A DNA stretch of 62,857 bases, counting the filler. It is 6 parts of 6 records of this genome, joined end to end, with 100 filler letters (N's around TTAATTAATTAA, not from the genome) between each part and the next. Parts side by side here need not be neighbours in the genome. Positions count along the whole stretch, not along the records: positions 48,790 to 56,710 come from DRR723986_3130; positions 56,811 to 62,857 come from DRR723986_3410; 4 more parts are not named here. One strand, written 5' to 3'. Positions 51,146 through 60,761 of the stretch are shown in pieces. A program made the position numbers and the translations under genes. Under the pieces are notes generated by a model, which ran no database searches, was not told the DNA's origin, and worked only from the letters and a program-made list of their open reading frames with translations. The stretch's first letter is position 1. Each line of letters begins with the position of its first letter.

Positions 51146-51701
51146 GACCTGTGGTCTCTGTCTTTTGCTGTCAGTCGCGCTGTCTGGATGTGTCACGGCC
51201 CCGACGCCGCCAGAATCTGATCCTCAGGTCGAGCAGGCTGTCCTCGAGGCGTCATTCAGCGAAGCGGTCAAGGCCATGGAGCAGGGCAACTTTGCCGAAG
51301 CCCGGACCGTTTTTGAACAATTGGCCCGGAACTATCCGGACAAAGCCGGCCCCATGGCCAACCTTGGCATCATTGCTTTCCGGGAAGGGGACGCCGATAG
51401 CGCGAAAGAATGGTTTGAGCGCGCGCTGGCGGTTAATTCCGAACAGGTCCAGGCTTTGAATCATCTGGGCGTGATTGCCCGAAATGCCGGAGAATTCGAT
51501 GAGGCGGAACGGTATTACCGAGCTGCGTTGGCGGCGGATCCGGATTACGCGCCTGCGATTCTTAATCTGGCCTTCCTGCTGGATATCTATCTGGGTAACC
51601 CTGCCGATGCGATCGAACTCTATGAGCGTTATCAATCGGCTGCCAGAGAACCGCACCCGAGACTGGAAGACTGGATATTTGATGCGAAAAACAGAATCTG
51701 A
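51132..51701 (+). CDS. TPR lipoprotein
   Basis: Lipobox LSGC followed by TPRs (ANLGI, NHLGVI, NLAFLLD). Confidence 0.85.
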   Translation: MNLIKTCGLCLLLSVALSGCVTAPTPPESDPQVEQAVLEASFSEAVKAMEQGNFAEARTVFEQLARNYPDKAGPMANLGIIAFREGDADSAKEWFERALAVNSEQVQALNHLGVIARNAGEFDEAERYYRAALAADPDYAPAILNLAFLLDIYLGNPADAIELYERYQSAAREPHPRLEDWIFDAKNRI

Positions 51702-51716
51702 TTTGGACAGGTTGAT

Positions 51717-52028
51717 ATGAAACGTCTTTCGCCGATCATTCTGGCCGCTTCCGCTCTGATAGCTGCGGCGCCCATGCTTTACGCCCAGGACACCCCGGGT
51801 GTGGTAACCATCGAAGGTACCCGCATTCGTGGCGACCAGGAAGTGCCCACGGTCATGTATCTGGTGCCCTGGCAACCACCGGAAGTTGAACAACTTCGGG
51901 CGCCAGACGAGCGGCTCATGGTTAATCAGGGGATTGCGCCGCTGGAACGATATGAATTCCAGAGGCTGGTGCAATACCACAACGAATTCCTGAAACAGAC
52001 ACAACCGGCAGATGAATCGCCAGAGTGA
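51717..52028 (+). CDS. Small secreted protein (GltF/CglF-like)
   Basis: Signal peptide; IEGTRIRGDQEVPTVMYLVPW motif. Confidence 0.65.
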   Translation: MKRLSPIILAASALIAAAPMLYAQDTPGVVTIEGTRIRGDQEVPTVMYLVPWQPPEVEQLRAPDERLMVNQGIAPLERYEFQRLVQYHNEFLKQTQPADESPE

Positions 52029-52161
52029 GACATTCCTCACATCTGCTCTGTGTTCTTGCGCAAAAATAAACAAACCCTCACACAGACTTGCGCGAACTTA
52101 CCCTGTCCGGGCGAGCTCGCGAATAGACTGATCTGAAAACGGACCATGGAGTGCCCAGAAA

Positions 52162-52869
52162 ATGATCGATACCGCCGTTCGCTTCTTCCAGGAAGGTGGC
52201 TTTTTTATGTTTCCGATCGCCGTTGTGCTGATCATCGGACTCATTGTTGCCATTGAACGTTACGTCTACCTTTCCGCCCAGAAACTGACCAACCGTCGGG
52301 ATTTCAACCGCCTGCATCAGATGATTGCAAAGCGCGATCTGAAGGGCGCCCTGAATTACACTCAGGAGTCCGGTAGTGCCATGTCCACCATGATCGGCTT
52401 CGGCCTTCAGCGCCTCGCCCGCCGCCAGGGTCGCGAAGAGATCGAATACGCCATGGAAGAGGGGTTGCTGGATGTTATGCCTCGGCTGGAAAAGCGCACA
52501 CAGTACCTGGCAACACTGGCCAACATTGCCACGCTGCTGGGCCTGCTTGGTACCATTATCGGTCTGATTGCTGCCTTTACCGCAGTAGCCGCAGCGGATC
52601 CGGCCCAGAAAGCCAGCCTGTTGTCCCAGAGCATCTCGGTCGCCATGAACACTACAGCGTTTGGCCTGATGTCAGCCATTCCGATGCTGCTGATCCATTC
52701 GCTGCTGCAAACCAAGACCAACGAGATTGTTGATAGCTTCGAGATGGCCGGTATCAAGGTTCTGAACCTCCTCAGCGATGGCTCCGGCAACAAGTCCGGT
52801 GCACAACCACAGGGTCAGACTGCCGCTGCGACGGCACAGGTCGCGACACCGGCCGGTAGCCCGGCCTGA
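52162..52869 (+). CDS. MotA/TolQ/ExbB proton channel protein
   Basis: ATLLGLLGTIIGLI and ISVAMNTTAFGL. Confidence 0.92.
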   Translation: MIDTAVRFFQEGGFFMFPIAVVLIIGLIVAIERYVYLSAQKLTNRRDFNRLHQMIAKRDLKGALNYTQESGSAMSTMIGFGLQRLARRQGREEIEYAMEEGLLDVMPRLEKRTQYLATLANIATLLGLLGTIIGLIAAFTAVAAADPAQKASLLSQSISVAMNTTAFGLMSAIPMLLIHSLLQTKTNEIVDSFEMAGIKVLNLLSDGSGNKSGAQPQGQTAAATAQVATPAGSPA

Positions 52870-52894
52870 TAACCAGTCAGAAGGATGTCAGGCC

Positions 52895-53407
52895 ATGAGA
52901 CGGAAGCATCGTCGCCTACAAAGTGAGGCAGATCTCGACATCACGCCCTTCATGAATCTCATGATTGTGCTGGTGCCGGTATTGCTGCTGAACATGGTGT
53001 TTGCCCACACCAGCGTTCTGGAACTCAACTTTCCGACCGGCGAGAGCCTGTCGGCAGAGCAGGCCGAAGAACTGCAGATCCAGGTTGTGATCTATGAAGA
53101 TCGTCTGGTTGTTGCAGACAACCAGGGCGGCGTCATCAAGGACATACCCCGGCGTGAGGGCGAGTATGATTTTGCTCTGCTCAAGGATGTCATGAAAGAG
53201 ATCAAGAGTCGGGTGCCGGACAAAAAGGATGTGATCATCATGCCGTCCCGGCAGACCTCCTATCAGTCTCTGGTTTCCGTTATGGATACGGTGCGCTCCT
53301 ATGAAGCCGTAGTGGCTGGCAGTGTTGTCGAGGCAGAACTGTTCCCCGAAATCTCCCTCGGAGATGCACCTGCCCAGGCCTCGGGCTCCGCGGAGGTAAG
53401 TTCATGA
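52895..53407 (+). CDS. ExbD/TolR family protein (AglQ-like)
   Basis: LDITPFMNLMIVLVPVLL TM segment with Asn where Asp is usual; YQSLVSVMD; ELFP. Confidence 0.85.
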   Translation: MRRKHRRLQSEADLDITPFMNLMIVLVPVLLLNMVFAHTSVLELNFPTGESLSAEQAEELQIQVVIYEDRLVVADNQGGVIKDIPRREGEYDFALLKDVMKEIKSRVPDKKDVIIMPSRQTSYQSLVSVMDTVRSYEAVVAGSVVEAELFPEISLGDAPAQASGSAEVSS

Positions 53408-53904
53408 AAGAATCCGCGAAAGCCCGTCGTCTGAAACGGCATTACCGGCGCAACAAAAGCCAGGGAAAAATGAACCTGGTGTCGCTGATGGATATTTTTA
53501 CCATCCTCGTGTTCTTCCTGATGGTGAACTCTTCGTCTGACGTACAGGTACTCAACCAGAACAACACCATCAAATTGCCCGATTCGACTGCCCAACAACC
53601 CCCGGGTGATGTACTGGCACTAACCGTGACCGACCGGGATATCCTGGTGAACGGCCGGCTGGTGGTGAAACGCGACGCGTTCCAGACCTTCGAGGGGCAG
53701 GTTGAGCCATCGCTGAAGCAGGAGCTCGACTACCAGGCCAGTCGTTCGTCGGCGCCAGCACCGGAGGCAGGTCGCCCCATTACCATTCTTGCGGACCGGG
53801 AACTTCCTTACGAGCTGCTCAAGAAAATCATGTCCACCTGTGTGGACGCCGGTTATGCCAGCATTTCCCTGGCGGTTAATCAGCGCACGGAACAGGGGGC
53901 CTGA
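53404..53904 (+). CDS. ExbD/TolR family protein (AglS-like)
   Basis: MNLVSLMDIFTILVFFL and ADRELPYELLKKIM. Confidence 0.88.
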   Translation: MKESAKARRLKRHYRRNKSQGKMNLVSLMDIFTILVFFLMVNSSSDVQVLNQNNTIKLPDSTAQQPPGDVLALTVTDRDILVNGRLVVKRDAFQTFEGQVEPSLKQELDYQASRSSAPAPEAGRPITILADRELPYELLKKIMSTCVDAGYASISLAVNQRTEQGA

Positions 53905-53909
53905 AGCTA

Positions 53910-54890
53910 ATGGATTATCGCTACGGATTGCCCTGGAATCAGGAGAGGGGAGAGCGCAAGAGACTGTTTGCGGCGGCGGTTGTCGTGGTGCCCCTGTTTC
54001 TGATTTTCGCGGGCTATGTGAGTTGGGTTGAGTTGCCGGAACGGGATCGGCAGGAACAGGAAGCCTTGCCGCCCCAGTTGGCGAAGCTGATTGTTGAGAA
54101 AAAGGAGCCACCCAAGCCGGTATTGCCAGAGCCCGAGCCGCCAAAGCCTGAGGAAAAGCCGGTGGAGCAGGCGAAGCCTGAGCCAAAACCAAACCCCGAA
54201 CCCGCTCCAGCGCCGGTTGTTCCAGAACCGGAAGTGGCTGAAAAACCGGAACCAGAGCCCAAACTGGAAGAGGTGGCCAAGGCTCGGGAAAAGGCGAAAA
54301 ACACCGGTATTCTGGCCATGGGCACCGAGCTGTCGAAGATCAGTTCGCTGGCGGAATCGGTCAAACTGGATAGTCCGGTTACCAATACGGCCGAGCCGAT
54401 CGCCAGGAAGACCGGTGATACCCTGGCTTCCCGCGCTACTGAAAACACCCGCAGTAGTGGTGTGAATGAAACCGCTTTGAGCCGGGAAACCCGTGAGCTT
54501 GCCCTGGCAGAACGGGAGCGCGCGGAGGTGGCCGAGGCGGAACGTGTGGCTGCGGTAAAAGAGACGGTGCGCAGGGAGCAGCAGGAAACTGCCTCGAAAT
54601 CGCGTAGCCGGGAGGAGTTGCGCCGCACCATGGATGCCAACAAGTCCGCCATTTACAGCATCTACAATCGCGAGCTGCGCCGAAAACCCTCGCTGCAGGG
54701 CAGTATCACGCCCGAACTGGTTATCGAGCCGAATGGTGCGGTGTCCAGTTGCTCGGTTGTGGAGTCAACACTCAACGAACCGGCACTTGAGAACAAGATC
54801 TGCAACCGGTTGCGGCTGGTAGACTTTGGAGCACGACCAGGAGTCGACAAGACCACCATTCGTTATCCGATCGAGCTGTTGTCGAGCTGA
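53910..54890 (+). CDS. TonB-like energy transducer (AgmX/PglI/GltG-type C-terminus)
   Basis: N-terminal TM, Pro/Glu/Lys linker, C-terminal YNRELRRKPSLQG..C..C..F TonB_C-like domain. Confidence 0.85.
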   Translation: MDYRYGLPWNQERGERKRLFAAAVVVVPLFLIFAGYVSWVELPERDRQEQEALPPQLAKLIVEKKEPPKPVLPEPEPPKPEEKPVEQAKPEPKPNPEPAPAPVVPEPEVAEKPEPEPKLEEVAKAREKAKNTGILAMGTELSKISSLAESVKLDSPVTNTAEPIARKTGDTLASRATENTRSSGVNETALSRETRELALAERERAEVAEAERVAAVKETVRREQQETASKSRSREELRRTMDANKSAIYSIYNRELRRKPSLQGSITPELVIEPNGAVSSCSVVESTLNEPALENKICNRLRLVDFGARPGVDKTTIRYPIELLSS

Positions 54891-54902
54891 CGGTTGGCTC
54901 CG

Positions 54903-54934
54903 GATCAGGGGTGGTGACAGGATCACTCCTGATC
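54903..54934. terminator. Hairpin between convergent genes
   Basis: GATCAGGGGTG/CACTCCTGATC stem. Confidence 0.5.
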
Positions 54935-56657
54935 AGGCGCTTTCGACCGTGTGGGGCGCAAACAGCTTGTAACGGTTTCGCCCCTCCCGCTTGGCACGAT
55001 ACATGGCGATGTCGGCGCCGTTGATCAGTTCCTGAACGGTGGTACCGTCTTCCGGATACAGGCTGATGCCAATGCTTGAACCCACGTTTATCTGGTTGCC
55101 GTTGATCTGATAGGGCCGTTTGTTTGCTTCAATCAGCCTGTCGGCCACGGCAAACACGTCGGACAGCCGTTCCATCTCCGGTAGCAGCACAATAAACTCG
55201 TCGCCTCCAAGTCGGGCGAGTGTGTCGTCTTCCCGCAGGCAGTCTTTTACCCTGGTAGTGAACTGAAGCAACAGGTCATCCCCCACCGCATGGCCCAGGG
55301 TGTCGTTCACTTCCTTGAAACGGTCCAGATCCATAAACATCACTGCAAGCAGCATTTCCTTGCGATGGGCATGGCGAATGGCGTGCTCCAGCCGGTCTTC
55401 CAGCAATCGTCGGTTCGGCACACCGGTGAGGGCATCGTAGTAGGCAAGCTGTCGGATCTGTTCCTCGTTCCTGCGATTTTGCGTGATATCCGTGAACAGG
55501 CCCGCGTAGTGTGTGGTATTGCCGTCATCGTCGGTGATAGCCGTAATGGTCAGAAGTTCCAGATAAAGCTCACCGGTTTTTCGGCGATTCCAGATTTCTC
55601 CGCGCCAGTAGCCGTGGGTTTCCAGGGAATTCCACATGCGCCGGTAGAACTCGCTGTCGTGGCGCCCGGATGAGAGCAGATCCGGTGACCGACCGATGAC
55701 CTCCTCGGCGGTATAACCGGTCAGTTGGGTGAATGCCGGGTTGACGAATTCAATGCAGACGTCTTTGTCGGTCACCATAATGCCCTCAAAAGACGATTCA
55801 ATGACCCGCTCCGCCAGTTGCAGGGTTCGCCTGGATTTCGCCAGGGCCTGATCCCTTTGTTCGAGGGCCTCGCGAAGATCGTCCAGATACATCTGCTCAG
55901 CCCCGGTCAGCATGTCGTGGTAACCGATCAGGCCGGTAACCTCTCCAAGCTGATTGACCACGGCAAGATGGCGGATGCGATGATCTATCAGCAGATCACG
56001 TGCGTGAATCAGCGGGTCTTCTTCGTTTACGGTGAGAAGAGGCCGGGTCGCCAATTCATTGACCAGGGTGTTGCTGGTGTGGCGGGCAATAAACCGGACC
56101 ATATCCCGCTCGGTCAGAATCCCCAAGCCTTCCTCGCCGCAATCGACCACCACCGCATCGGCATGATGGCGATGCATGTAACTGGCCACTTCCGCCAGAG
56201 ACTGGTCGCCCCGAACCACCAGTGGCGGGCGCGGTACGGCCGCCCGCACTTCCCGAAGTCGCAAGTAGGGTTCCAGGCCCTGGTTGAGGGCCAGATCGGT
56301 TTGGGAAAGGATACCGACCGGTTTGCCACTACTGTTAGTCACCAGAAAATGGCGTTTTCCGGTATCACGCAAACGAACCGCGGCTTCACCGGCATCCAAA
56401 GTCTCGGGCAGGGACAGCACAGGTGAGCTCATCACCGTACTTACCGGCTGCCGGAATGTTTCAGGGTCTGTAAAGTCGATCGCCAGGGCGTCATGTTCTG
56501 TCCAGATACCAACAACCGTTCCGCCGTCGGTAATCAAAATGGAACTGACCGAGGTTTCGGACATCCGGGCAGCCGCATCGGCAATGGTTGTGTCCAGCTC
56601 ACACTGAAGCAGGACGCCCGTGTGCATAATGCGTGATATCGGAAGCGGCTGCCCCAT
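54933..56657 (-). CDS. Diguanylate cyclase (4xCBS-PAS-GGDEF)
   Basis: GIWTEHD and GILTERD CBS motifs, VNPAFTQLTGY PAS, RxxD I-site and intact GGDEF; AGGAG RBS. Confidence 0.92.
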   Translation of the reverse strand: MGQPLPISRIMHTGVLLQCELDTTIADAAARMSETSVSSILITDGGTVVGIWTEHDALAIDFTDPETFRQPVSTVMSSPVLSLPETLDAGEAAVRLRDTGKRHFLVTNSSGKPVGILSQTDLALNQGLEPYLRLREVRAAVPRPPLVVRGDQSLAEVASYMHRHHADAVVVDCGEEGLGILTERDMVRFIARHTSNTLVNELATRPLLTVNEEDPLIHARDLLIDHRIRHLAVVNQLGEVTGLIGYHDMLTGAEQMYLDDLREALEQRDQALAKSRRTLQLAERVIESSFEGIMVTDKDVCIEFVNPAFTQLTGYTAEEVIGRSPDLLSSGRHDSEFYRRMWNSLETHGYWRGEIWNRRKTGELYLELLTITAITDDDGNTTHYAGLFTDITQNRRNEEQIRQLAYYDALTGVPNRRLLEDRLEHAIRHAHRKEMLLAVMFMDLDRFKEVNDTLGHAVGDDLLLQFTTRVKDCLREDDTLARLGGDEFIVLLPEMERLSDVFAVADRLIEANKRPYQINGNQINVGSSIGISLYPEDGTTVQELINGADIAMYRAKREGRNRYKLFAPHTVESA

Positions 56658-56710
56658 GGGCACTCCTGTTATTCTTGGTCTGTCTGTTGCGAAGAATTCG
56701 GTAAAAGTGA

Positions 56711-56810
56711 NNNNNNNNNNNNNNNNNNNNNNNNNNNNNNNNNNNNNNNNNNNNTTAATTAATTAANNNNNNNNNNNNNNNNNNNNNNNNNNNNNNNNNN
56801 NNNNNNNNNN
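56711..56810. other. Artificial contig linker
   Basis: N44-TTAATTAATTAA-N44. Confidence 0.98.
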
Positions 56811-56838
56811 CATTGTTGTCGCGAACACTAACCTGCAT
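56811..56838 (-). CDS. rpsU: 30S ribosomal protein S21, first 9 codons
   Basis: Minus strand MQVSVRDNN with AAGGTGG RBS; divergent from a COQ9-family gene. Confidence 0.85.
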
Positions 56839-56952
56839 GTGGTTGTCACCACCTTTCTAGGATAAAGTTGCAATGATTTGCAGGAAACCGGCCTATAGCA
56901 AGCCCATCTGGGTTTGTCGAGTCTTTCATCCCTGCACAAAAAGGAGCCCGCA

Positions 56953-57651
56953 ATGACCGATCCACAGCCAGAGCCAAAGACCCAATTGTTGAACGCTGCC
57001 CTAGATCATGTGCCCTTTGATGGTTGGTCAGAGGCGTCATTTGCCGCCGCCGTGAAAGACAGCGGTGTTGATCCGACTGTGGCGCGGGCGATCTGTCCGC
57101 GCGGTGCAGTTGATCTGGCGGTGGCCTATCATCATCGCGGTGATGCGGTGATGTTGGAGCGTTTGCAAAACGAAGATCTGGATGCCCTGCGGTTTCGCGA
57201 CCGGATCGCGCGTGCGGTGCAGTTGCGGCTGGAGGTGACCACCGACAAAGAGGTCGTGCGCCGCGGCACCACCCTGTTTTCGCTGCCGCATCATGCGCCC
57301 GAAGGGGCCAAACTGGTCTGGGGGACATGTGATGCGATCTGGACCGCGCTGGGCGACACGTCCGAAGATGTGAACTGGTACACAAAGCGCGCTACGCTCT
57401 CGGGGGTATATTCCTCTACCTTGCTGTTCTGGCTGGGCGACACCAGCGAGGGGCATCAGGCCACTTGGGATTTCCTTGACCGGCGCATCGACAACGTCAT
57501 GCAGATCGAAAAGGTCAAAGCGCAGGTGCGGCAAAGCCCGACACTCAGCAAATTGTTGGCCGGTCCAAACTGGGTTCTGGGCCAGATCAAAGCGCCCACA
57601 CGGTTTCCCAAGGGCGATTTGCCCGGATCATGGACCGCGCCGCGCGATTAG
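56953..57651 (+). CDS. COQ9-family (rpsU-divergently transcribed) protein
   Basis: HVPFDGWS, DAIWTALGDTSEDVNWYTKR and FLDRRI; AAGGAG RBS. Confidence 0.92.
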   Translation: MTDPQPEPKTQLLNAALDHVPFDGWSEASFAAAVKDSGVDPTVARAICPRGAVDLAVAYHHRGDAVMLERLQNEDLDALRFRDRIARAVQLRLEVTTDKEVVRRGTTLFSLPHHAPEGAKLVWGTCDAIWTALGDTSEDVNWYTKRATLSGVYSSTLLFWLGDTSEGHQATWDFLDRRIDNVMQIEKVKAQVRQSPTLSKLLAGPNWVLGQIKAPTRFPKGDLPGSWTAPRD

Positions 57652-57737
57652 GCCCCAAACCATGGCGCGCGGCCTGCTTTACTTCGGGCCGCGACCTGTT
57701 AGGCAGTGCGCCAGTGAACAGCCGGCCCTAGATCTCT

Positions 57738-58472
57738 ATGACTGACCCCAGCGCACATTTGATAGATATGCAGGCCATCGGCTTTACCCCCGAAGGCAAG
57801 CCGGTGTTGGCGGATATTGATCTGCGCAGCAACGCCCGCCGCATTGGCGTGGTTGGGCGCAACGGGTCTGGCAAAACCACTTTGGCGCGGATCATGGCCG
57901 GATTGATCGCGCCAGACGCAGGGCAGGTGTGTATCGCAGGCATTGATGTGGCCAGGGACCGCAAGGCGGCGCTGGGTGTGATCGGGATATTGTTCCAGAA
58001 CCCCGACCACCAGATTATTTTTCCCACGGTCGAAGAAGAGCTAGCCTTTGGTCTGCTTCAGCAAGGCCATCCCAAAGAAGAGGCTGGCCGGATCGTGGCG
58101 GACACCCTTTCCAGTTTCGGCAAAAGCCATTGGGCCAAGGCCGCAATCCATCAGTTGTCGCAAGGCCAGAGGCAGCTTGTGTGCCTGATGTCCGTGCTGG
58201 CCATGCGCCCAAAGGTGATTATTCTTGATGAGCCGTTTGCCGGTCTGGACATCCCGACAACCCTGCAATTGCAGCGGACCTTGGATGCCATTGATCTGAC
58301 GCTGGTCCACATCACCCACGATCCCGCCGTGCTGACGGGATACGACGAGGTGCTTTGGATTGATCAAGGCAAAACCGAAATGATTGGTGGTGCCGCGCAG
58401 GTGTTGCCTGCCTTTCAGGACCGTATGACCCAGATCGGAGCGGGTGATGATCTCTCTGACCTCACCGGTTGA
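57738..58472 (+). CDS. bioM: ECF transporter ATPase BioM
   Basis: GRNGSGKTT, FQNPDHQ, LSQGQ and LDEP; next to bioN and bioY. Confidence 0.85.
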   Translation: MTDPSAHLIDMQAIGFTPEGKPVLADIDLRSNARRIGVVGRNGSGKTTLARIMAGLIAPDAGQVCIAGIDVARDRKAALGVIGILFQNPDHQIIFPTVEEELAFGLLQQGHPKEEAGRIVADTLSSFGKSHWAKAAIHQLSQGQRQLVCLMSVLAMRPKVIILDEPFAGLDIPTTLQLQRTLDAIDLTLVHITHDPAVLTGYDEVLWIDQGKTEMIGGAAQVLPAFQDRMTQIGAGDDLSDLTG

Positions 58473-59043
58473 AACGCGGGCACATGGCTGGCCTGCGGGG
58501 GCCAAGCTGGCCGGGTTATGCGGTGCGACGATGGTGCTTTTTGCGGTCCAGAGGCTTGATTGGCACCTTGGGTTTCTTGCGGCTGCGTTGGTCATTTATG
58601 CGATGCCGGGGCGGCAATTCTTGCAAGGCGGCATGCGGCGTTTGCGGGTGCTCTGGCCATTTGCTGTGATTATCCTGCTTTGGCACTTCTTCACACATGA
58701 TATGGCCAGCGGCGCGGTGATCGTATTGCGGATGATCACGGCCGTTGCTTTGGCAAACCTTGTCACAATGACCACCAAACTCAGCGATATGATTGTGGTT
58801 GTGCGCTGGCTCTGCGCGCCTCTGCGCCGGTTTGGCGTGCAAACACGCAGTATCGAACTTGCCATTGCTCTGGTCGTCCGCTTCACGCCGGTACTGGCGC
58901 AAAAAGGCCAGACACTTGCGCTGGCTTGGAAGGCCCGCGCCGCCCGGCGTTTGGGCTGGCGTGTGATCACGCCCTTTGCGGTTCTGGCCATTGATGATGC
59001 CGAACATGTCGCCGAAGCCCTGCGGGCACGGGGCGGGCTGTAA
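58447..59043 (+). CDS. bioN: ECF transporter T component BioN
   Basis: Hydrophobic protein with two ARx motifs (WKARA, LRARG). Confidence 0.85.
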   Translation: MISLTSPVETRAHGWPAGAKLAGLCGATMVLFAVQRLDWHLGFLAAALVIYAMPGRQFLQGGMRRLRVLWPFAVIILLWHFFTHDMASGAVIVLRMITAVALANLVTMTTKLSDMIVVVRWLCAPLRRFGVQTRSIELAIALVVRFTPVLAQKGQTLALAWKARAARRLGWRVITPFAVLAIDDAEHVAEALRARGGL

Positions 59044-59123
59044 CGCAATAGCGGTTGACCTTACCGTGCCAGCGTCCTACCGCTGCGCCCAACATGCACT
59101 AAAATGCAAATGACAGGATTGAT

Positions 59124-59669
59124 ATGGAACGTTCCCTCACGCTTATCGCCCTTTTCGCCGCGCTGATTGCGGCACTGGGCCTGGTCCCGAAATTCGACCT
59201 CGCCTTTGGCGTGCCGATCACAGCGCAAAGCATGGGCGTCATGCTATGTGGTACGGTTTTGGGCGCCAAGCGTGGCGGTCTGGCGGCGCTCTTGTTCATT
59301 GGGCTGGTCGCGCTGGGTCTGCCGCTTTTGGCGGGGGCGCGTGGCGGTTTGGGTGTCTTCGCAAGCCCCACAGCCGGTTTTGTCATCGGCTTTCCGATTG
59401 CGGCCTTCGTGACAGGTTTGGCCATGCAACAGTTCCGCGCTTTGCCAATCGGCTGGGCCGCTGGCGTTGCGGCGGTCCTTGGCGGTGTGGTCGTGCTTTA
59501 TGCCTTTGGTATTGGTGGCCTGATGATCATGCTGAACAAAGGTCTGCTTGAAGCCTCTGGGCTGGTGCTGGCGTTTGTGCCGGGTGATCTGATCAAGGCC
59601 GTTCTGGCCGGATTTATCACCGCAGGTCTGGCCAAGGCGCGCCCTGCAAGCCTGCTTTCACGTTCCTAA
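59124..59669 (+). CDS. bioY: Biotin transporter S component BioY
   Basis: VPITAQ, GLPLLAG, PTAGF and FVPGDLIK. Confidence 0.93.
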   Translation: MERSLTLIALFAALIAALGLVPKFDLAFGVPITAQSMGVMLCGTVLGAKRGGLAALLFIGLVALGLPLLAGARGGLGVFASPTAGFVIGFPIAAFVTGLAMQQFRALPIGWAAGVAAVLGGVVVLYAFGIGGLMIMLNKGLLEASGLVLAFVPGDLIKAVLAGFITAGLAKARPASLLSRS

Positions 59670-60761
59670 AAGCAGCGCCGTACCAAGGCCACCGGCCGCT
59701 GCTATCGCGGCAAGGCCGGTGCCGCCGCCGGATTGGATCAACTCGTGGTAAAGACGCACCGCGTTGATCGCCCCTGATGCGCCAATGGGATGTCCCCGCG
59801 CCAAGGCTCCACCGCCACGGTTGACAATCGCGGGGTCCAGTTTCGCTCCTTGCACGCAGGCGATGGCCTGCACGGCGTAGGCCTCCATGATCTCGGCGGC
59901 GTTGATCTCTGCCGCGCTGAGGCCATGGCGGGCCAGAGATGTCTGGATGGCGGCCACAGGGGCAAGGCCGGGGCACTCTGGCGTTCCGCCGCGTGTGGCC
60001 CCGCCAATCACCCGTACCATGGGCGACGTCAGCCGCGCCGCAACTTTCCGCGAAACCACCACACAGAACGCCGCGCCATCCGCGGCGACAGCCGCATTGG
60101 CCGCTGTGATGTCACCCGTAATCACCTTGGCCCGCTTGCACAGGACCGGGCTGAGGGCGCGGGCAAAACTGTCGGACTGCAACCCGGCGATAGGGATCAC
60201 TTCAGAAGATCGCGCCGTTCCCGCCAATGCCTTGGCATGGCTGGCCACGGCCCAGTCGTCTTGGGCCTGCCTGCTGATGCCATGAGATCTGGCCAAGGCC
60301 GCCGCTGCAACTGCCATGTCAGGGTCGCGGTCCGGCCAAGGGGTGAAGGGCGCCTGATCATAAGGTTCAGATGCGCGGCCATCGGCAAAGGTCTGGTGCC
60401 GTAAAGGGCGGCGCGAATAGCTTTCTGCTCCGCCTGCGACAACCACATCGGCATGGCCGCTTTGCACCATCATCGCGGCCAGCAGGATCGCGTCGAGACC
60501 ACCGGCACATTGCCGGTCCGTGCTGAGCCCCGCGACGTGTTCCGGCAGGCCAGCCGCCAGCGCGGCGATGCGGGCAGGGTTGCCGCCGCCGCCCAAGGCG
60601 TTGCTCAAGATCACCTCGTCTACGTCTTGCGGGGCCAATCCAGCCTCGCGCAGGGCGGCATTGATCACCGGCGCGGCCAGATCATGTAGCGCCAATGCGG
60701 ATAATGCGCCGCCGCGCGGGGCAACAGGGCTGCGGCAGGCGGAGGCAATAAAACCGGTCAT
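59658..60761 (-). CDS. Thiolase-family protein (atypical active site)
   Basis: NPAR, DRQCAGG and GGALARGHPIGASG; MEAY in place of NEAF and AAAGG in place of CxGGG. Confidence 0.88.
   Translation of the reverse strand: MTGFIASACRSPVAPRGGALSALALHDLAAPVINAALREAGLAPQDVDEVILSNALGGGGNPARIAALAAGLPEHVAGLSTDRQCAGGLDAILLAAMMVQSGHADVVVAGGAESYSRRPLRHQTFADGRASEPYDQAPFTPWPDRDPDMAVAAAALARSHGISRQAQDDWAVASHAKALAGTARSSEVIPIAGLQSDSFARALSPVLCKRAKVITGDITAANAAVAADGAAFCVVVSRKVAARLTSPMVRVIGGATRGGTPECPGLAPVAAIQTSLARHGLSAAEINAAEIMEAYAVQAIACVQGAKLDPAIVNRGGGALARGHPIGASGAINAVRLYHELIQSGGGTGLAAIAAAGGLGTALLLGT

Noticed and set aside
54100-54270. Repetitive GAGCC/CCAGA tract
   Set aside because: Encodes the ordinary Pro-Glu/Lys linker of the TonB-like protein; not a DNA repeat array.
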